NCBI GenBank assembly: GCA_964016885.1
Contig: OZ024740.1
Location: forward strand, 35,464,001-35,528,000
Source: Eledone cirrhosa
Lineage: Eukaryota
Reading direction: 5' to 3'
DNA: 64,000 nucleotides
Shown in pieces: positions 61,601 to 64,000 of this stretch. The position numbers and the translations under genes were made by a program. Within the stretch, counting starts at the first letter, position 1, and each line of letters opens with the position of its first letter. The notes beneath the pieces are model-generated. The model made no database searches. It saw only the letters and a list, made by a program, of their open reading frames with translations, and was not told where the DNA came from.

Positions 61601-64000
61601 AGTGGTTTAACAGACGACAGTTAGATGTAAGCTGTAGTGGTTCAACAGACGACAGTTAAATGTAAGGTGTTGTGGTTTAACAGGTGAAAGTTAGATGTAA
61701 GGTGTAGTGGTTTAACAGACGTCAGTTAGATGTAAGGTGTAGTGGTTTAATAGGCGACAGTTAGATGTAAGGTGTAGTGGTTTAACAGACGAGAGTTAAA
61801 TGTAAGGTGTTGTGGTTTAACAGGCGACAGTTAGATGTAAGGTGTTGTGGTTTAACAGGCGACAGTTAGATGTAAGGTGTTGTGGTTTAACAGACGACAG
61901 TTAGATGTAATGAGTCGTTTAACAGTCGTTAGTTAGATGTAAGGTGTAGTGGTTTAACAGGTGACAGTTAGATGTAAGGTGTTGTCGTTTAACAAGCGAC
62001 AGTTAGATGGAAGGTGTTGTGGTTCAACATGCGACAGTTAGATGTATGGTTTTGTGGTTTAACAGGCGACAGTGACATGTAAGATGTTGTGGTTTAACAG
62101 GCGACAGTGAGATGTAAGGTGTTGTGGTTTTACAGGCGACAGTGAGACGTAAGGTGTAGTGGTTTAACAGGTGACAGTTAGTTGTAACGTATAGTGGTTT
62201 AACAGGCGACAGTTAGATGTAAGGTGTTGTGGTTTAAGAGGCGACAGTGAGATGTAAGGTGTTGTGGTTCAACAGGCGACAGTTAGATGTAAGGTGTTGA
62301 GGTTTAACAGGTGACAGTTAGATGTAAGGTGTTGTGGTTTAACAGGCGACAGTGAGATGTAAGGTGTAGTTGGTTAACGGGTGACAGTTAGATGTAAGGT
62401 GTTGTCGTTTAACAGGCAAAAGTTAGATGGAAGGTGTTGTGGTTTAACAGGTGACAGTGAGATGTAAGGTATAGTAGTTTAACAGGCGACAGTGAGATGT
62501 AAGGTGTTGTGGTTCAACAGGCGACAGTTAGATGTAAGGTTTTGTGGTTTAACAGGTGACAGTTAGATGTAAGGTGTTGTGGTTTAACAGACGCAGTGAG
62601 ATGTAAGGTGTTGTGGATTAACAGGCGACAGTGAGATGTAAGGTGTTGTGGTTTAACAGGCGACAGTGAGATGTAAGGTGTTGTGGTTTAACAGGCGACA
62701 GTGAAATGTAAGGTGTAGTGGTTTAACAGGTGACAGTTAGATGTATGATGTTGTCGTTAAACAGGCGACAGTTAGATGTAAGGTGTTGTGGTTCAACAGG
62801 CGAAAGTTAGATGTAAGGTGTTGTGGTTTCACAGGTGATAGTTAGATGTAAGGTGTTGTGGTTTAAGAGGCGACAGTTAGATGTAAGGTGTTGTGGTTCA
62901 ACAGGCGACAGTTAGATGTAAGGTGTTGTCGTTTAACAGGCGACAGTGAGATGTAAGTTGTTGTGGTTTAACAGGCGACAGTGAGATGTAAGGTGTTGTG
63001 GTTTAACAGGCGACAGTGAGATGTAAGGTGTAGTGGTTTAACAGGTGACAGTTAGATGTATGGTGTTGTCGTTAAACAGGCGACAGTTAGATGTAAGGTG
63101 TTGTGGTCTAACAGACGTCAGTTAGATGTAAGGTGTTGTGGTTCAACAGACGAGAGTTAAATGTAAGGTGTTGTGGTTTAGCAGACGACAGTTAGATGTA
63201 AGGTGTAGTTGTTTAACAGGTGACAGTTAGATGTAGGGTGTTGTCGTTTAACAGGCGACAGTTAGATTGAAGGTGTTGTGGTTTAACCGGTGACAGTTAG
63301 ATGTAAGGTATAGTGGTTTAACAGGCGACAGTTAGATGTAAGGTGTTGTGGTTTAACAGGCGACAGCGAGATGTAAGGTGTTGTGGTTCAACAGGCGACG
63401 GTTAGATGTATGGTGTTGTGGTTTAACAGGTGACAGTTAGATGTAAGGTGTTGTGGTTTAACAGGCGACAGTGAGTTGTTAGGTGTTGTGGTTTAACAGG
63501 CGACAGTGAGATGTAAGGTGTAGTGGTTTAACAGGTGACAGTTAGATGTATGGTGTTGTCGTTAAACAGGCGACAGTTTGATGGAAGGTGTTGTGGTTTC
63601 ACAGGTGACAGTTAGATGAAAGGTGTTATGGTTTAACAGGCGACAGTTAGATGTAAGGTGTTGTGGTTCAACAGGTGACAGTTAGATGTAAGGTGTTGAG
63701 GTTTAACAGGTGACAGTTAGATGTAAGGTGTTGTGGTTTAACAGGCGACAGTGAGATGTAAGGTGTTGTGGTTTAACAGACGACAGTGAGATGTAAGGTG
63801 TTGTGGTTTAACAGGTGACAGTTCGACGTAAGGTGTTGTGGTTTAACAAACGTCAGTTAGATGTAAGGTGTTGTGGTTCAACAGGCGACATTTAGATGTA
63901 ACGTGTTGTGGTTTAACAGGTGACAGTTAGATGTAAGGTGTTGTGGTTTAACAGGTGACAGTTATATGTAAGGTGTAGTGGTTTAACAGACGACAGTTAG

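Larger units (their letters stand above)
6134..64000 (+). repeat. 35-bp tandem satellite array, >57.8 kb, about 1650 monomers, head-to-tail, running off the window
   Basis: Consensus ACAGTTAGATGTAAGGTGTTGTGGTTTAACAGGCG. Common variants are AGGTG/AGACG, GTGAGAT and GTAGTGG, with rare 32-, 34- and 36-bp monomers. No non-satellite insertion or inversion was seen. Confidence 0.99.

Noticed and set aside
6134-64000. CRISPR array (35-bp repeat length)
   Set aside because: Repeats are directly adjacent with no unique spacers, there are no cas genes, and the context is eukaryotic.
6134-64000. Telomeric repeat array
   Set aside because: G-rich and contains TTAG, but there are no TTAGGG/TTAGG tandem units, and the higher-order duplications indicate recombination-driven satellite. 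A subtelomeric location cannot be excluded from this window.

Overview
Eukaryotic (animal) genomic DNA. The (TA)n/(CAT)n microsatellites and the SINE/RTE types suggest a cephalopod such as Octopus, but this is inference. Bases 1-6133 are a dense patchwork of transposon debris. It includes a decayed Penelope-like retroelement (RT YIDD motif, thumb, Cys linker, GIY-YIG; minus strand), at least five minimal hammerhead ribozyme motifs from three families lying in or beside inverted repeats, a 545-bp near-perfect palindrome, a foldback MITE, a Tc1/mariner-type MITE, two SINE fragments and an RTE LINE 3' end. Among these, and missed by the ORF track, is a clean 111-bp phase-0 exon (5629-5739, +) of an ABCB1/MDR P-glycoprotein-like gene. 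About 400 bp after its donor site, an uninterrupted 35-bp satellite (about 1650 copies, nested higher-order duplications of 210 bp to 7.6 kb) starts and runs off the window end. No next exon is seen, so the satellite appears to fill a giant (>58 kb) intron. On the sense strand each monomer carries acceptor-like and donor-like motifs. All coordinates were read by eye; no searches were run.
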